Counted from the first letter of the stretch, positions 1-14,611 are shown. The stretch is DNA of 64,000 nt from Octopus vulgaris (GCA_951406725.2 OX597816.1:148614001-148678000); one strand, 5' to 3'. Notes: generated by a model from the letters alone, not told the origin. Numbers and translations are program-made.

Positions 1-2
1 AG

Positions 3-122
3 AGTAAGCATAATACTGAACTGCCTATGAATCACGAAGAAGGAACTTTCTATGCATCTTCGAAGAATCACTTTGAGAGATCTCTTGCAAATTCATGCAC
101 AAGCGTCCATAGAGAAAGATAA
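3..122 (+). CDS. Possible C-terminal end of a host coding exon running in from the left edge
   Basis: Open frame SKHNTELPMNHEEGTFYASSKNHFERSLANSCTSVHRER* ends at TAA 120-122. About 1 kb of non-repetitive, UTR-like sequence follows, with AATAAA near 1132. No recognisable homology. Confidence 0.2.
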   Translation, partial: SKHNTELPMNHEEGTFYASSKNHFERSLANSCTSVHRER

Positions 123-1457
123 AGCCAACAGCATCTTCATGTGACTTCCAAATCCCAGCAGAATCTTGTTTTTTACCCCACATCAGACGTCTGTAAATAT
201 ATTCTTTCCTGGCAAGAGTTGATAAACCAAGGCAAAGCAGTTAATTATTTTTCTCCATCTCCATTTATTCTGCAGTTATTTACTATATTTTGCTTCATTA
301 CATGCTTTTGTTATTTGTAGACGGAAAGGCTTTGACACTTTGTCTAATCAAGGACCATTCAATAACAGTTATGAGATCTACGCATCTCAACAAGAGTCAA
401 CAATTTTATTATCTGCCTTTTATGTGATTTCAGTTATCGGTTTTCTTTTTTTCTTCGTAACTATCTTCCAATTCATCCTCTGTTTTCTATATGTTGGCTT
501 CATTGAAGACAGAAAACATTGGTTTGTTCGTGTTTTATACACATTTGTGTAAAATTTTCCAATTACTACTAAACATTTATGTACTCTTACAGTAGATATT
601 TTAAAGTAGTTTTTAACTGCATAAGAAGCCGCCTCCCTACTACATTGTATTCGCGGTAAAGATCTTTATATAAAATTTAAGATCGCATAGTCTAAATGTG
701 ATCATTATTTTTTTTTTTTGTGTTTCTCTACTTTTGCTGGATCATTTAGCACCCATTTCAGAATATTATAACAATAACTTATTACAGAGTCATCGAAATG
801 GCTCTTATCTTCGGTTTTGCATTTACTTTTCTAAGTATAAATCTAATGCATTTATAATATTCTTTCTTAATCTTTTCCTAAATTTACTTGGAACATTGTG
901 TATAAAATTTGTAATGTATATACAGGCGTGGAATGGTACTAGCTGTTACACTTTGTCTTAGAGAAACTTCTCAAGGAGATTTGTGCATTAAAAATCACAG
1001 GGTTTCACTCAAAGTGCTGGAGGCTCACCTGGCAGGGGTGTTTTGAACCTGATTTGACCTTCTCAGTGATGAATACCTTGGATAATCTGAGCCAAGCCGA
1101 AAACGCTTCTGTTACGATATGGAAATTTGTAAATAAAACATTTTCTGATTCGTGCGAAAGCTAATCAGGCTAAACTTAATTTGATATATAGACTTCAAAC
1201 AGCCTTACATCCAAATATAGGAGTAAGAACAAACATGGAATGACAGTATCTGGAATATTTCTTGTTAAAGAGATTTCGCTCAGAATGCCGATAGATCGCA
1301 TGGCATGGTGTTTCAACAGGATTTGTTGTCCTCGGTAACGAATATCTCTTTTCTTTATATTGTTTTGTTGTTCTCATCCGATTTTTGTAAGCCAACATTC
1401 TGCAAGTCATCAAGAGTTTGGTTTGTCTCATTATTTAATTTGTTTATTTTATACGAG

Positions 1458-1512
<55 letters not shown>

Positions 1513-1704
1513 CAAGAGTTAAGGAATGGAGTAGATTCGGGCTACATATGTTTCATAACGAGCAGAACCTCCGAAGATAGAATGGACAAGAATCGTGTTG
1601 ACTACAACTAACAATCAATTAAGGAGTGTAAACTTACAAGTACATACGCCAACATACACCTCTACTACTTCATATTTGTAAACACGCTTCACCGCACACA
1701 AATA

Positions 1705-2620
1705 TATCAGGCTGAAAGTAAGCAACGTTTTGAAGCATGAAATTCATCAATGCGGAAATTTTATTTATCAAAGTAAGGACCATTACAATCAACACATTTT
1801 TGCCAACGAGTTACAAGTTTGTTTATTCCGGTAACATAAAAATCTGGAGTTCTGGAGCTGATGGACTCTTTGAATGCACTTTCAGGATTGGTTTTGAGTT
1901 TTTAACTCCTCTCGCAGGAAACCATCAAGGTGCTTGAAAAAATGGTAGTCGGTAGGAGAAAGGTCTGGGGAATAAGCTGGGTGGGGAAGAACTTCGTGGC
2001 CAAATTCCCTCAACTTCTAGAGCGTCATTAGTGAAACGTGTGGGCGAGCATCGTCATGAAGAATGATTGGTCTTCTTCTATTAACCAGTCTGCGACGGAG
2101 AAGCAGCGGTTTTTCGTTCATGTTGACAATTTCATGGCAATATGTTTCTGCAGTAATGGTTTTTCCAGGTTTTAAGAAGTTATAGTGGATGAGTCCAGCA
2201 GTTCACCACCAAACAGTCACCATAACCTTCTATTTGAAGAGCTCGGGTTTAGGGAAGGTTTTCGGTACTTCATTTCGATCCAACCATTGCGAAGAACTTT
2301 TTTTTATTATTGTACAGAATCCACTTTTCCTCGCAAGTTACAATATGGTAGAGAATGTATCGGTCTGGTTACGGAGAAGAAGCAGAGAGCAAATTTCATA
2401 TCTGCGCATTTTCTGATTTTCATTCAAATCGTGTGGTTTCCATTTATCGAGGTTTTTGATTTTCTGATCGCATGCAAATGGTTGAAGGCAGATTTTAGGC
2501 TAACTTTAGGCTAATTTTAGGCTAAGTTATTTTGCCAGTTCTCGAGTGGTTTTACGTGGATCTTTCTCAATGATGAACGTAAACGACAATGGTCAGACAC
2601 CTGAGGTGCTCTAATCCGAC
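1705..2620 (-). mobile_element. Decayed mariner transposase (Hsmar1/cecropia-like), C-terminal two thirds
   Basis: Minus-strand translation gives LDKWKPHDLNENQK, PIILHDDARPH, YSPDLSPTDYHF and FYVTGINKLVTRWQKCVDCNGPYFDK*, close to Hsmar1 motifs (DD34D family). Frameshifts and stops are present. Confidence 0.9.
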
Positions 2621-3199
2621 CTGGACAGTGGTTTCTCACTCGTGGGTGTGGGGTGGGGTTACCTAATTTGTGTTTCATTGCTCAAATTGTTTCGATTATT
2701 CTATGTTTTATGTGATGTATTAATTTTATGTTCTTTAGGTTCCCCATATAATATCTTCACCACTTCTCCTGGCTTTAGATATCTTCTTGCCTATCTCCAC
2801 GTTTTTGTAACCTCTGTTTTAAACATTTGAGTCTCTGTTTTAAAGGAGCTAATTGGTTGAAACAACTATTAGGGTGTTGAAAAAATATATTGTGGTACAA
2901 AGCCATATCATTCCTCCCACTGACGTGGAAGCTGCTCAGTGGAATAATCACTGGTGAAATATACATTTATTGATGAGAATGGAATTGTCTCTGTTTAATA
3001 GAATTGTAAACGAAATTGCATGGAAGCTAAAAACCAGCTACATATAGTTAAAATGGTGATGAAAAATTGTAAGCAAAAAAAGACAAATTTAGCAATGGTC
3101 TAGATAAATAACAGCCAAGCCTATGGAATCGATGCTAGATGTGTCGAAACAATTGTCGTGATTAAGAATAAATTCTCGTATGTTCCATCTTCTGCCTTT

Positions 3200-3245
<46 letters not shown>

Positions 3246-3246
<1 letters not shown>

Positions 3247-3369
3247 TAGCAGTATAATCCGGCTTTGCCCGAGATTAATTTAGGATTATTAAGTTAATGA
3301 AGTTCTTTATTTCAAACCAAACTAAGTAACGTCGACGTCAAATTTGGACGAAATCCATTGAAATTGGTT

Positions 3370-3406
<37 letters not shown>

Positions 3407-3514
3407 GTATGTATGTATGTATGTATATAGATATAGATGGGCAACACACACACACATACACACACGTGTGTATGTACACCTATTGCATACATGTTTTTTG
3501 TACTCATACATGTT

Positions 3515-3595
<81 letters not shown>

Positions 3596-3923
3596 TACCC
3601 GTATATCAACAAATCACTTTTTTCCTCGATGGGAAAAAAAACAACAAAATTCTTAACAAAAACTAACTCGTCGCTTGAAGGGACTTAACTCCTGCTTACA
3701 AACAATGGTGATTTCCCTGAATTGAAAATTGTTAAAAGTTTTGGTTGAAAATTTATTTTTACTGCTATTCGCTGGTGCCTCTGGGATAAATAAGTTGATG
3801 AAAATACAGCTAGGATCATGACGAATGTCCTCCTAAAATTGGAGCGACATGCGTGCTAATTTGTGGACGTGCATAAATCACATTCACGCGCGCACACATA
3901 CATCCTGCCTTTTATATATACAG

Positions 3924-3924
<1 letters not shown>
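3246..3924 (-). mobile_element. Non-autonomous Helitron
   Basis: The minus strand starts TCTGTATATATAAAAGG (5'-TC). It ends with a GC-rich hairpin-like segment (cgggcaaagccgg) followed by CTAG, and sits between A and T. The interior is mostly microsatellite. Confidence 0.65.
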
Positions 3925-3954
<30 letters not shown>

Positions 3955-4005
3955 ATATGTATAAACGTATATATATATTTATGTATATATGTGTATATAC
4001 ATCTA

Positions 4006-4049
<44 letters not shown>

Positions 4050-4054
4050 TATCA

Positions 4055-4103
<49 letters not shown>

Positions 4104-4437
4104 TATAATATATATATATATAAATATATTCCATATATATGTATATGTATATATGCTTATATTTCTATATATGTACATATATATGCACACTCACTCATAC
4201 AACACTCACTCACACACACACATACACACACATACAGACACACGCTAGCACATTATGTGGACGATATTTCATTTTCTATCAAAACGGTGCAACCGTACCT
4301 GATTCCTTCAAGTGTTTCAGTTCTTTGTTTCTGCATTAATTTACTAGATTGCTGACATTTAGCAATGGTTTCTCCCATGTTGGTACGCCATTTTCTATCA
4401 TGAATAAAACTGTCAGCAGTTTTGACGGCATGGGTAT

Positions 4438-4563
<126 letters not shown>

Positions 4564-4569
4564 TCATTT

Positions 4570-4735
4570 TTTCTGCTTAAGGCACAAAGCCTGAAATTCT
4601 GAGGAAATGGACAGGTCTATTAAATTGACTTAAGTTGCTCGACTCGCAAAAGGTGAAAGGCAAAGTTGATCTCATTGGAATTTGAACTGAGAGCGTAAAC
4701 CGAAAGAAATGCCGCTAAGCATTATGTCCAGTTCG
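4570..4735 (-). mobile_element. Degenerate copy of the abundant tRNA-derived SINE
   Basis: Diverged gaaaggcaaagttgatctc...ggaatttgaact...gccgctaagcatt matches the family core, next to an (AAT)n tail. Confidence 0.6.
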
Positions 4736-5828
4736 TGATTTCTATATCTGACGAAGGAGCAACACAAAAAGCATTAAATTATGTTAGTGATGACATGCAT
4801 TGTTTTGGCTTACGTGTCTAATAAAAAAATATGACAAAATACAAAATTATTAACACCTGCTCAACCGAAATGTTTCCAAACTTAGTCATTGGTTTTCTGT
4901 ATAATATTCATATAACCGAACATACTTGGAAAAAAAATCTATGTATTTTGAAGTGTGAACTTTTTGTATAGTTTTGTTCATTTGTGCTTGGTTCTCATTA
5001 TTTTTGGTGGGTGTTGTTATTTGTCTGTTTCCTAACTAAATGTCATTATGCTGAAAGAAATGCGATCTTAGATTCTCACTCAATGTCAAATTTGAAACTA
5101 TGTAAAGAGCCGTTATTGCTTTATGCTATTGATCAATTAAGCCGTGAGTAATACTTCTTTATATTTAAGTAGGTAGGCGAATATATTTGTTGGTGTTGTT
5201 GTTGTGGCTGCTATTGTTATTCGTTGCTGTCGCGGTTACTGTTGCTTCTACGTCTGCTTTTGTCGCTTTTTATTTATTTATTTTTTTCTTATTTTTGCAT
5301 ACTAGACAAATAATTCAAATAGACATAGACACGTAAACATGGGTACAACAAAGAAATTCCTGTGAGTTTATATATGTTGTAGAGTTAAAGTGAAATACCA
5401 ATTAGTTACATTTTATGAACAATACCTGTCAGAAATAATCCAATAAATCATCTCATTGGACAGCTTCTATTTATTTTAATTGCTTCGGAATTTCTTTATG
5501 TTAAAGTTTATGAGTTATCGTATAGTTTCAGTGTTTTTTTTTTCTTGGAGAACAAAAAAGAGACAAAGAGAGATGAGAGAAGAAATACTTTGTTTTACTG
5601 TGATCTTCTTTCTATATCTTCCCATTGAATTTCATATCTGGAGATTTGTCTTATCATATTTACATCCTCTATCTTAGATAAAAGACTGGATTTTTCTGTT
5701 GAACATAATGAAATACACTGGCAATACACACTTAAACACAGCACATCCACGTATGTGTGCCGGTCTTTGAGCATATATCAAGATATTTTATAACGTGGAA
5801 AATGTGTGTGTGTATGTGTACATACATG

Positions 5829-5922
<94 letters not shown>

Positions 5923-6314
5923 CATAATGCGCGTTATGAAATATTTCTTACATCTTACATTTAATATTTTCTGTTTTTGCTACCCTCCATCTCCTACCGA
6001 AATTTGGCTTTTGTTGTTTAGCCATAAATTAATCAAATGACTAGTTCGATTAATCAATCAACGTCTTAATCTTCCAACATCTAGACATGAAAACGTTTCT
6101 ATATTGACAATATATTTCCAGTTAGTCTGCTAATGTTATTTTAATAGTAATGCTGCCAGAGCTTGAAAGAGTGAATCGTTGCTGTCTCCATCGATATTAT
6201 GATGAACTGTCGCTGTTGAATACACAGTTTGTATCGTATCGGCGGCGTTCAGCTGTGGCCAATACACTGAGCTTTCCGCAACTGATCTTACTCTGAGTTC
6301 ATTGCATTACTTAG

Positions 6315-6690
6315 TCAGTGGTTTAGTGGTTCATGTTCTGAGTTCAAATTCCGCCTTTAATAACTTCGTCGTCGATGAAATGAATACCAGTAAGGTGGCG
6401 AGCTGGCAGAACCGTTAGCACGCCGGGCGAAATGCGTAGCCGTATTTCGTCTGCCGTTACGTTCCGAGTTCAAATTCTGCCGAGGTCGACTTTGCCTTTC
6501 ATCCTTTCGGGGTCGATAAATTAAGTACCAGTTACGAACTGGGGTCGATGTAATCGACTTAATCCGTTTGTCTGTCCTTGTTTGTCCCCTCTATGTTTAG
6601 CCCCTTGTGGGTAATAAAGAAACTGGGGTCGATATAATCGATTTACCCTCTCCTCGAAATTGCTGGCCTCGTGCCAAAATTTGAAACCAT
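6315..6690 (+). mobile_element. Young tRNA-derived SINE (6393-6621) nested in an older copy of the same superfamily
   Basis: Head ggtggcgagctggcagaa, B-box-like gagttcaaattc, central gcctttcatcctttcggggtcgataaattaagtaccag (resembles the MetaSINE domain), tail ...aataaagaaa. The flanks are the two halves of an older copy. Confidence 0.85.
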
Positions 6691-7273
6691 TACTAAGCTA
6701 GTGGTGAATCCCGATTATTAGAGATTTTTGAGCCTTCCCGAGCTAGTGAAGACAATAATATTGATATTTAGTTTGAATATTAAATCGATGTGTTCTGGTC
6801 GCAAAAACTTTGGAGATTAGATAATTCCCAAAAGGTAGCAGTTATAGAAATGAAGGATTCAGCAAGTGTTTAGTGCAGGATCTGAGTGGGAAAAGAGTAG
6901 TGTTAACGAGTGCTGCAGGGTGTATCAAATAGACCTAAAGGGATCAGATATGTTGCTGCCTGGTTCAGAAAACCAGAAGCCCTAGAGGCAACAGTATAAA
7001 CGGTATGAAGGATTAAAATACACGTATGTGCGCCCGTGGTTGTATTTTATAAGTGGGTGGGTGTTTGCGAATCTGTTGGATAGCATTGACTGTTGATTCA
7101 CTAGAGCATATGCGGGTGTTTAGCAGCAACGTTGTCTTGTATATGTACTGTAATAAGAGAGAGAGAAAGAGAGAAAGTGTGTGTGGTGTGTGTGTATGTG
7201 TGTGTATGTGTGTTTATGTGTGGTGTGTGTGTGTGTATGTGTGTGTATGTGTGTGTATGTTTGTATATGTGTG

Positions 7274-7308
<35 letters not shown>

Positions 7309-7834
7309 AGGTTTATGTGTGTTTGGTTGCTTATGATACACAGCAGTACGCTTTCAGTGGATATGACGTCACTGCCATATGATCTCCTTAACTCTATATA
7401 TATGTTGTTATTTTCGACATCATAAAGATTTATAAGCGTTCGAGAAAACGTGAAATAGTTATTTTTTTTTTTTTCTCTGGATTTAGAAGCACATATAAAG
7501 CTATAGATAATGGCATGTAAATATTGGGTTGAACATCCTTTTGACTAGAAAAGTCGAAAGCAGCTTATTCCAAGAAAGAAATATGTTATTTTACACAAGA
7601 TCAACCATGTTAGAGCGGACCTATGCTCAAAGACATCACATCTGTAAACATCCCGTTTTTATTTCGTTACGGTCCCTTCTTGAAAAGGTACAGTGTTAGT
7701 TGACGCTTATTTCTAGCAAATCGAGGGATCATAAGGAAATTCCTTTCTCAGGCTTATCTCTAAATATAAGAGGCTTGATTGTTTGCATGTTTGTTTCAGT
7801 AAGCTTGAGTGCGTAAGCAGTTTGTTTCTATATT

Positions 7835-7835
<1 letters not shown>

Positions 7836-7922
<87 letters not shown>

Positions 7923-7941
7923 CGTCGTCGTCGTCGTGGAG

Positions 7942-7974
<33 letters not shown>

Positions 7975-7996
7975 CTACTACTACTACTACTACTAC

Positions 7997-8039
<43 letters not shown>
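7836..8039. repeat. Compound trinucleotide microsatellite (GTA)n-(GTC)n-(GGT)n-(GTA)n-(CTA)n-(ATA)n
   Basis: Read directly from the sequence. Confidence 0.95.
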
Positions 8040-8420
8040 CCTTTCTACTGGAGACACAATTTGTTGGAAGGGGTATATTCGATTACATCGACTCCAGTGT
8101 TTCACTGATACTTAATTTATCGACCCCGAAAGGATGAAAGGCAAAGTCGACCTCGGCGGAATTTGAACTCAGAACGTAGCGGCAAACGAAATACCTATTT
8201 CTTTACTGCCCACAAGGGGGCTAAACACAGAGGGGACGCACAAAGACAGACAAACGGATTAAGTCGATTACATCGACCCCAGTGCGTAACTGGTACTTAA
8301 TTTATCGACCCCGAAAGGATGAAAGACAAAGTCGACCTCTGCTGAATTTGAACTTAGAACGTAACGGCAGATGAAATACGGCTACGCATTTCGCCCGGCG
8401 TGCTAACGTTTCTGCCAGCT
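8040..8420 (-). mobile_element. Dimeric tRNA-derived SINE
   Basis: Two tandem copies of the SINE core are joined at aaagaaata|ggtatttc, and the element ends in a (TTA)n tail. Confidence 0.85.
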
Positions 8421-9182
8421 GACTAAAAGTGATTTAAAACCAAAAACGGAGGCTCTAAACTGTGCTGCCGAAGAACAAGCACTAAGAACAAACTACATAA
8501 TATACAGAGTAGAAAACACATCAGAAAGTGATAAGTGCAGAATCTGTGGATAAAATTGTGAAACCATATGGCATATTACCGGCTAATATGTGCCACTAGC
8601 TCAGAAGGAATATAAGAGACGCTACGACAATATAGCAAGGTTTGGCCATTGGACACCTCGCAACAAGTATTGACTTGACAGAGGAAAGAAATGGCACGAC
8701 CACTAACCCGAAGGCATCATCGAAAATGATAATGCAAAGATTCTGTGGGATTTTATGATTCAGTGTGACTATGAGATAGAGAATAGGAAGCTAGACATAG
8801 TGTTAATTGAGAAAAAAAACAAGATATGCTGGATCATAGATATAGCATGCCCAGCTGACAACAAGGTATGCGATAAGGAAGAAAAACATGTTCATAGGTA
8901 TGACAGGCTAGCTTGGCAGTTAAAGCAATTGTGATCGATGAGAAAGGTGATAGTGGTACCAATAATTGTTGGAGACCTGGGAACAGTGAGTAAAAATCTC
9001 GAGAAGTACGTGGAACAAATAGGGGCTGCAATAAGGGTGGAGCACTTGCAGAAAATACCACTACTTGAAACCGCTCGAATACTCCGGAAGGCGCTCGAAA
9101 AATAATAGGTGTTACCTTAGTTCACTGGTAGTGAACAGCTGATACCATAGTATATTTCCAGCGTTAGAAGCTGTGCAAAGGC
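8421..9182 (+). mobile_element. R4/Dong-like non-LTR retrotransposon, 3' end (CCHC finger and restriction-like endonuclease), pseudogenised
   Basis: Translation gives EQALRTNY, CRICG..ETIWHI, AKILWDFMIQCDYEIENRKLDIVLI, IIDIACP, VVPIIVGDLG and LETARILRK, followed by a short 3' UTR and (AAT)4. Confidence 0.85.
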
Positions 9183-9196
9183 AATAATAATAATAA

Positions 9197-10695
9197 AAGG
9201 ATGGTCAGAGTTTTCAAACAGAGAGGTAGGAGTTGAAAGCAGGGAGAAGAGCAGACAAGAGGAACAGGGGAATTGTGATGGTGCTGTTAAGGATGAGGAA
9301 CAGGGTCGTTATACAGTGAACCCTGATACTGTGGTGGGTGGACATGCAGGGGAAATGAACAAACTAGATAATGAATTGCTTGAAATTCAAAGACGACTCA
9401 CCAACTTGATGAATGATCCAGAAAAACAATCCCCATGAATATGAGAAGATTAGATAGGAGTATGATAAATAAAGTAACACAAAAGATAAATACTGTCATA
9501 TCAGACGGAGGACATAACACAAACATCCAGACGGAGGACATAACACAAACAAGGAATCTTCTCCGGGCTATTGCGCTACTTCTCGAGGAGAAATTACAAA
9601 TTAAGAGAACAAAAAATTGTGGAATAAAAGAACCACGGTGGAAACGACGCATTGAAAGAGATATAATGCGGGCAAGGCGAGATCTAGGAAAAATTTAGCA
9701 ATGGTTAAGAGGAAACTGGAAAAATGGGAAAAAGACCGACCAAGAAAAATTATAGAAGAAACATGAAATACGGAAGAATAGGTTTGATGCAGTAATAGAG
9801 CAGTAAAAACAGGGGATCATGGCAAAAAGCCAGATCATATTTGTGAACAGAAACAAGCAGTTCGATGAGAACAGATAGTTCAAAAATAACCCGAAGCAAT
9901 TCTCCCGAACGTTAGAAGGAGACAATGAGGGAAATGTTGCTCCTGATGCAAATCAAGCCAAGGAGTTCTGGAGCGAATTATAGGGAAACAATTTGGTGCA
10001 TAAAAAGGGATGCAATATGGATAGGAACTATCAAGACAGAATTGCAAGGAGGAAAGTAACAAAGGAATATTTTCACAAGCACGGGTGATGTGAAAGAACA
10101 AGTGGGTAAAGTGCCTAACTGGAAAGCCCCTGGACCAGACGGGATTCGTGACTTCTGGCTGAAGAGATGCCACGCAGTGCATGAAAAACTAGCAGCCCAA
10201 TTGAATGAGTTTGTCTAGTAAAGTACAGTCCCCGCGTGGATGGTGACTAGGAGGACAACACTTGTAATGAAAGAGAGAAGAAAGGAGAATATTGTGGGAA
10301 ACTACCGTCCTGTAGCATGCCTAAATATAATCTGGAAGGTACTCCCTGGAATATGTACGACAAAGACATACACTTTCTTGGCACAGAAAGGAATACTACT
10401 AAGGGAACAAAAAAGACGTAGGAAGAGTTCTCAGGTTACCAGGGATAAAATAGTTTTGAGGCATTGTAAAAAAACATCATACAAACATGTCTATGGCTTG
10501 AATTGAATTTAAGAAGGCATATGATAAGATGCCTCATTTTTAGATCGTTGAATGCCTGCAGATGTTTGGTGTTGCTGACAACATCGCAAATTTCCTGATG
10601 CATAGCATGAAAGAGTGGAAAATCAAATTGTACTTAAGTAATGTATTCCTTGGAGAAGTTAATATTAAAAGGGGAATCTTCTAAGGTGACTCGTT
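9197..10695 (+). mobile_element. R4/Dong-like retrotransposon, N-terminal and RT 0-4 region, pseudogenised
   Basis: KEPRWKRRIE, NWKAPGPDGI..FWLK, NYRPVACLNIIWK, FKKAYD and IKRGIF*GDS, with many stops. Confidence 0.85.
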
Positions 10696-10699
10696 TTTT

Positions 10700-11083
10700 G
10701 CACAAGGCCTCAAATTTGTGGGGAGGAGACTAGTTGACTACATTGACCCCGGTGTTCCACTGGTACTTAATTTGTCGACCCCGAAAGGATGAAAGGCAAA
10801 GACGACATCGGCGGAATTTGAACTCAGAACGTAGCGGCAGACGAAATGCCTATTTCTTTACGGCCCACAAGGGGCTAAACACAGAGGGGATAAACAAGGA
10901 TAGACAAACGGATTAAGTCGATTACATCCAATACAGTGCGTAACTGGTATTTAATTTATCGACCCCGAAAGGATGAAAGGCAAAGCCGACCTCGGCGGAA
11001 TTTGAACTCAGAACGTAACGGCAGACGAAATACCGCTAAGTATTTCGCCCGGCGTGCTAACGATTCTGCCAGCACGCGGCCTT
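10700..11083 (-). mobile_element. Dimeric tRNA-derived SINE
   Basis: Same two-unit structure and junction as 8040-8420. Confidence 0.85.
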
Positions 11084-11230
11084 AGAAGAAGAAGAAGAAG
11101 AAGAAGAAGAAGAAGAAGAAGAAGAAGAAGAAGAAGAAGAAGAAGAAGAAGAAGAAGAAGAAGAAGAAGAAGAAGAAGAAGAAGAAGAAGAAGAAGAAGA
11201 AGAAGAAGAAGAAGAAGAAGAAGAAGAAGA
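11084..11230. repeat. Pure (AGA)n microsatellite, ~49 units
   Basis: Read directly from the sequence. Confidence 0.95.
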
Positions 11231-12537
11231 CTATATTGGATTACCAGTTCATAGGATATGTGTTTAAACCAGCCGCAGAGTATTGCATCTCAGCAGGTTA
11301 CTTAATTCTCCGTATCTCATTCCCTTTGTTGCCTTGGACAAACACCAATTAGTAGGCTTCATAAGCGATTGACGGATGCAAATAACAGCAAAATCTTCGG
11401 GAATTGACTCTGTCACATATGTGTGAGACAAAATATATATGTATCTTTAGGTTGTATATATCAAGACAAAGAGGCGTGCAGATATAACATATATTACATT
11501 TGTGAACAGTAAAGTGTGTTTGAAGATACGCCTAAGCATGCCTATATTCACACATATGTACGTATGTATGTATGTATGTATGTATGTATGTATGTATTAT
11601 GTACATATGCATGCATGTATGTGTGTGTGTATCATGTGTGTATGGATGCATGTATACATGTGTACATATTAGACGAAAGTAATCGAAATGAAAGAAATTA
11701 CGAAGGTAGAGGGAAGTAAATATATATAAATATCATTTCTAAAGTGATTTTCAGAGATGTTCTCATTCCAAGAGGAATCTTTTTACAAAATGAGGAATTG
11801 AAAAATGTTATACAAAATATTTCAATTTGGAATCAGATTATAACAAGTTTGTTTTATATCTTTTGTTCAAATTTTGTTACTATTTTTTGTCATTATTTTA
11901 TTTTCGAGATATTATTCTGTCGTCTTCCAATTTCTTTTATATTTGTACGGCTTGTTTACTCGTAGAAGTTAAATAGCTTTCTTCTTCATACTTAGCTTTT
12001 GAGTCAACGATTTTCTTATCTTTCAATATTTTTATGTATGTGCTTTGTGTATGTGCACGTATCTGTGTATTTAGCTGTGTATATGTGCATATGTATACAT
12101 GTTTATTTGCTAACGAAGGTATGTTTTCTTTTCCACTTCTGATTTAATCTTTGCCGTTAAATGTATTTACATAAATATTATTTCTCAATGTGAAGCATTT
12201 GTACTTTTTCATTGCTTTTATAATACATACATACATGCATATACATATACATATATGTACATATATATATATATATAAAGTCGGTACGCATGTATGTGTG
12301 TCGATACATGTACATGTTTGTGTACTGCATATGTTTATCTTAACATTCATGATTATAATAATATTACTTATGCATATATATGAATGTATGCACATACAGT
12401 TATATATATGGATACGATAGCTACATATGCATGGACAAACACGTAAATATAATTGAAACGTGTATGTGTATATTTGCATGTACGTATGGATGAATGAATG
12501 TGCTTATATGTGTGTATGAAATATATATATATATATA

Positions 12538-12589
<52 letters not shown>

Positions 12590-13857
12590 CATACATACAT
12601 ACATATATGCATACATACATACATATAAATACATGTGTATTTATATGTTTATATATACATATTTGCATAATCTATATACTTATATACTGCTGTGTGTATA
12701 TATATATATATATGTATGTATTATATGTTATATATATATATATATATATAAATATATATATATGTTTTATATATATACATTTATTAATGTGTGCCTGTGT
12801 CTGTGTTTCCTGGCAGAGAAAGCAAATCTCAGTGTAAAGACTCATATGCTAATATTTATATATATACATATATATTAGCATATTAATCATGTATATTTAG
12901 AGTTTCATTCTCTACCAGGAAAATCATATTCACTTCTCATACACTCAAAACGTTTTCCTGTTACAGTCTTTCATAACATCTGGTTCTTTGAACATCTATG
13001 AAGTCACCAGACTTACCCATTGATATAGATATTACATATAACTTCAGCAGCGTCTACAGTGATATATTTTATTTCATCTGTGTTTTATTATTGTAAAGAT
13101 ATTCGCAATAAACCCGAGTTCAAGATTTCTCTGTTTATTTCTTTCACATTGGCTATTAAAATTGTATTTGTGACTTGATTGCCGCAAATATTGAGGAAAG
13201 CTGTGTCGCTGACGAGTCGATGAGGAGATTTGAGATGCCAAGTATACCATTTTCCATTATTTCAAAAGGTTAGTTTATATTTACAACGTATTATATGTCG
13301 ATTTCCAAACCACTTGTATCTAGATAAAGAAAAAAACAGTAGTTAAAAACAAATGTATACAAAATATGACGCACTCACATATATGGATTAGAGAGACATG
13401 GAGATGGAGGGGGAGAGATAGAGAATGAAAGCGAGAAAGAGGAGAGAACTGGTGAACATTCGTGATTATGTTCGAGTACAAAGAGTATTCAATCCATATT
13501 ACAGAGTGCATATATTATGTTTGAAGCTGAAGTTCTTGAAGATTGTATGAATAAACGAGAAAACACCGTGTGCAAACGAAAAATGAAAGCAAGCTTCGAC
13601 AGATAAGCGCATATGCATTTTCCGGTGCGAACAGAACATCCGGAGGAAGTGAAATGATAGATAGGCAGACAGGCAAACAGACAGACAGATAGATAGACAA
13701 ATAGCTAGCCAGTTAGATAGATAGATAGATAGATAGATAGATACATACATACATACATACATACATACATAGACAAATAGCTAACCAGATAGATAGAGAG
13801 GAATATAGATACATACATACATACATAGACAGACAGGCAGGCAGGCAGGAAGACATC

Positions 13858-14001
<144 letters not shown>

Positions 14002-14317
14002 CGAACAACATAGAAATTGGAACAAGTTTACCAAACTCCTATTGTATACTTGAGTGTGCGTAAACGTATGCATTTGTCAGTGCGCGCGAACTCGTCCGCG
14101 TGAGGAAGAAAGTAGTTGTGTAATTTACCTTCTACTTATCTATGTTAATGCTAGAGAATCCATTACACAGGGTCGACCTTTATCAGTTCCTGTGATTCAC
14201 TGAAAAGTTCGTGTGTGGAGAGAGAGAGTGAGAGACAGAGAGAGAGAAAGATCCAGGCACATAAATAGAGTGGTATGTACATATATACATAACTTTAAGC
14301 ATATATATGTATATATA

Positions 14318-14375
<58 letters not shown>

Positions 14376-14439
14376 TATATCCATGTATATGTATGTATAA
14401 ACATATATATATAAATATATAAATATAAATATAAATATT

Positions 14440-14482
<43 letters not shown>

Positions 14483-14540
14483 TATATACATATATATATA
14501 TGTGTGTGTGTGTGTACGTGTGTATGTATGTATGAATGTA

Positions 14541-14611
<71 letters not shown>

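Noticed and set aside
2491-2525. TTAGGC telomere-like repeats
   Set aside because: Three copies of an 11-bp local duplication inside the mariner remnant.
6393-6480. tRNA-like A and B boxes here and in other SINE heads
   Set aside because: They do not form full cloverleaves and are attached to SINE bodies, so they are not tRNA genes.
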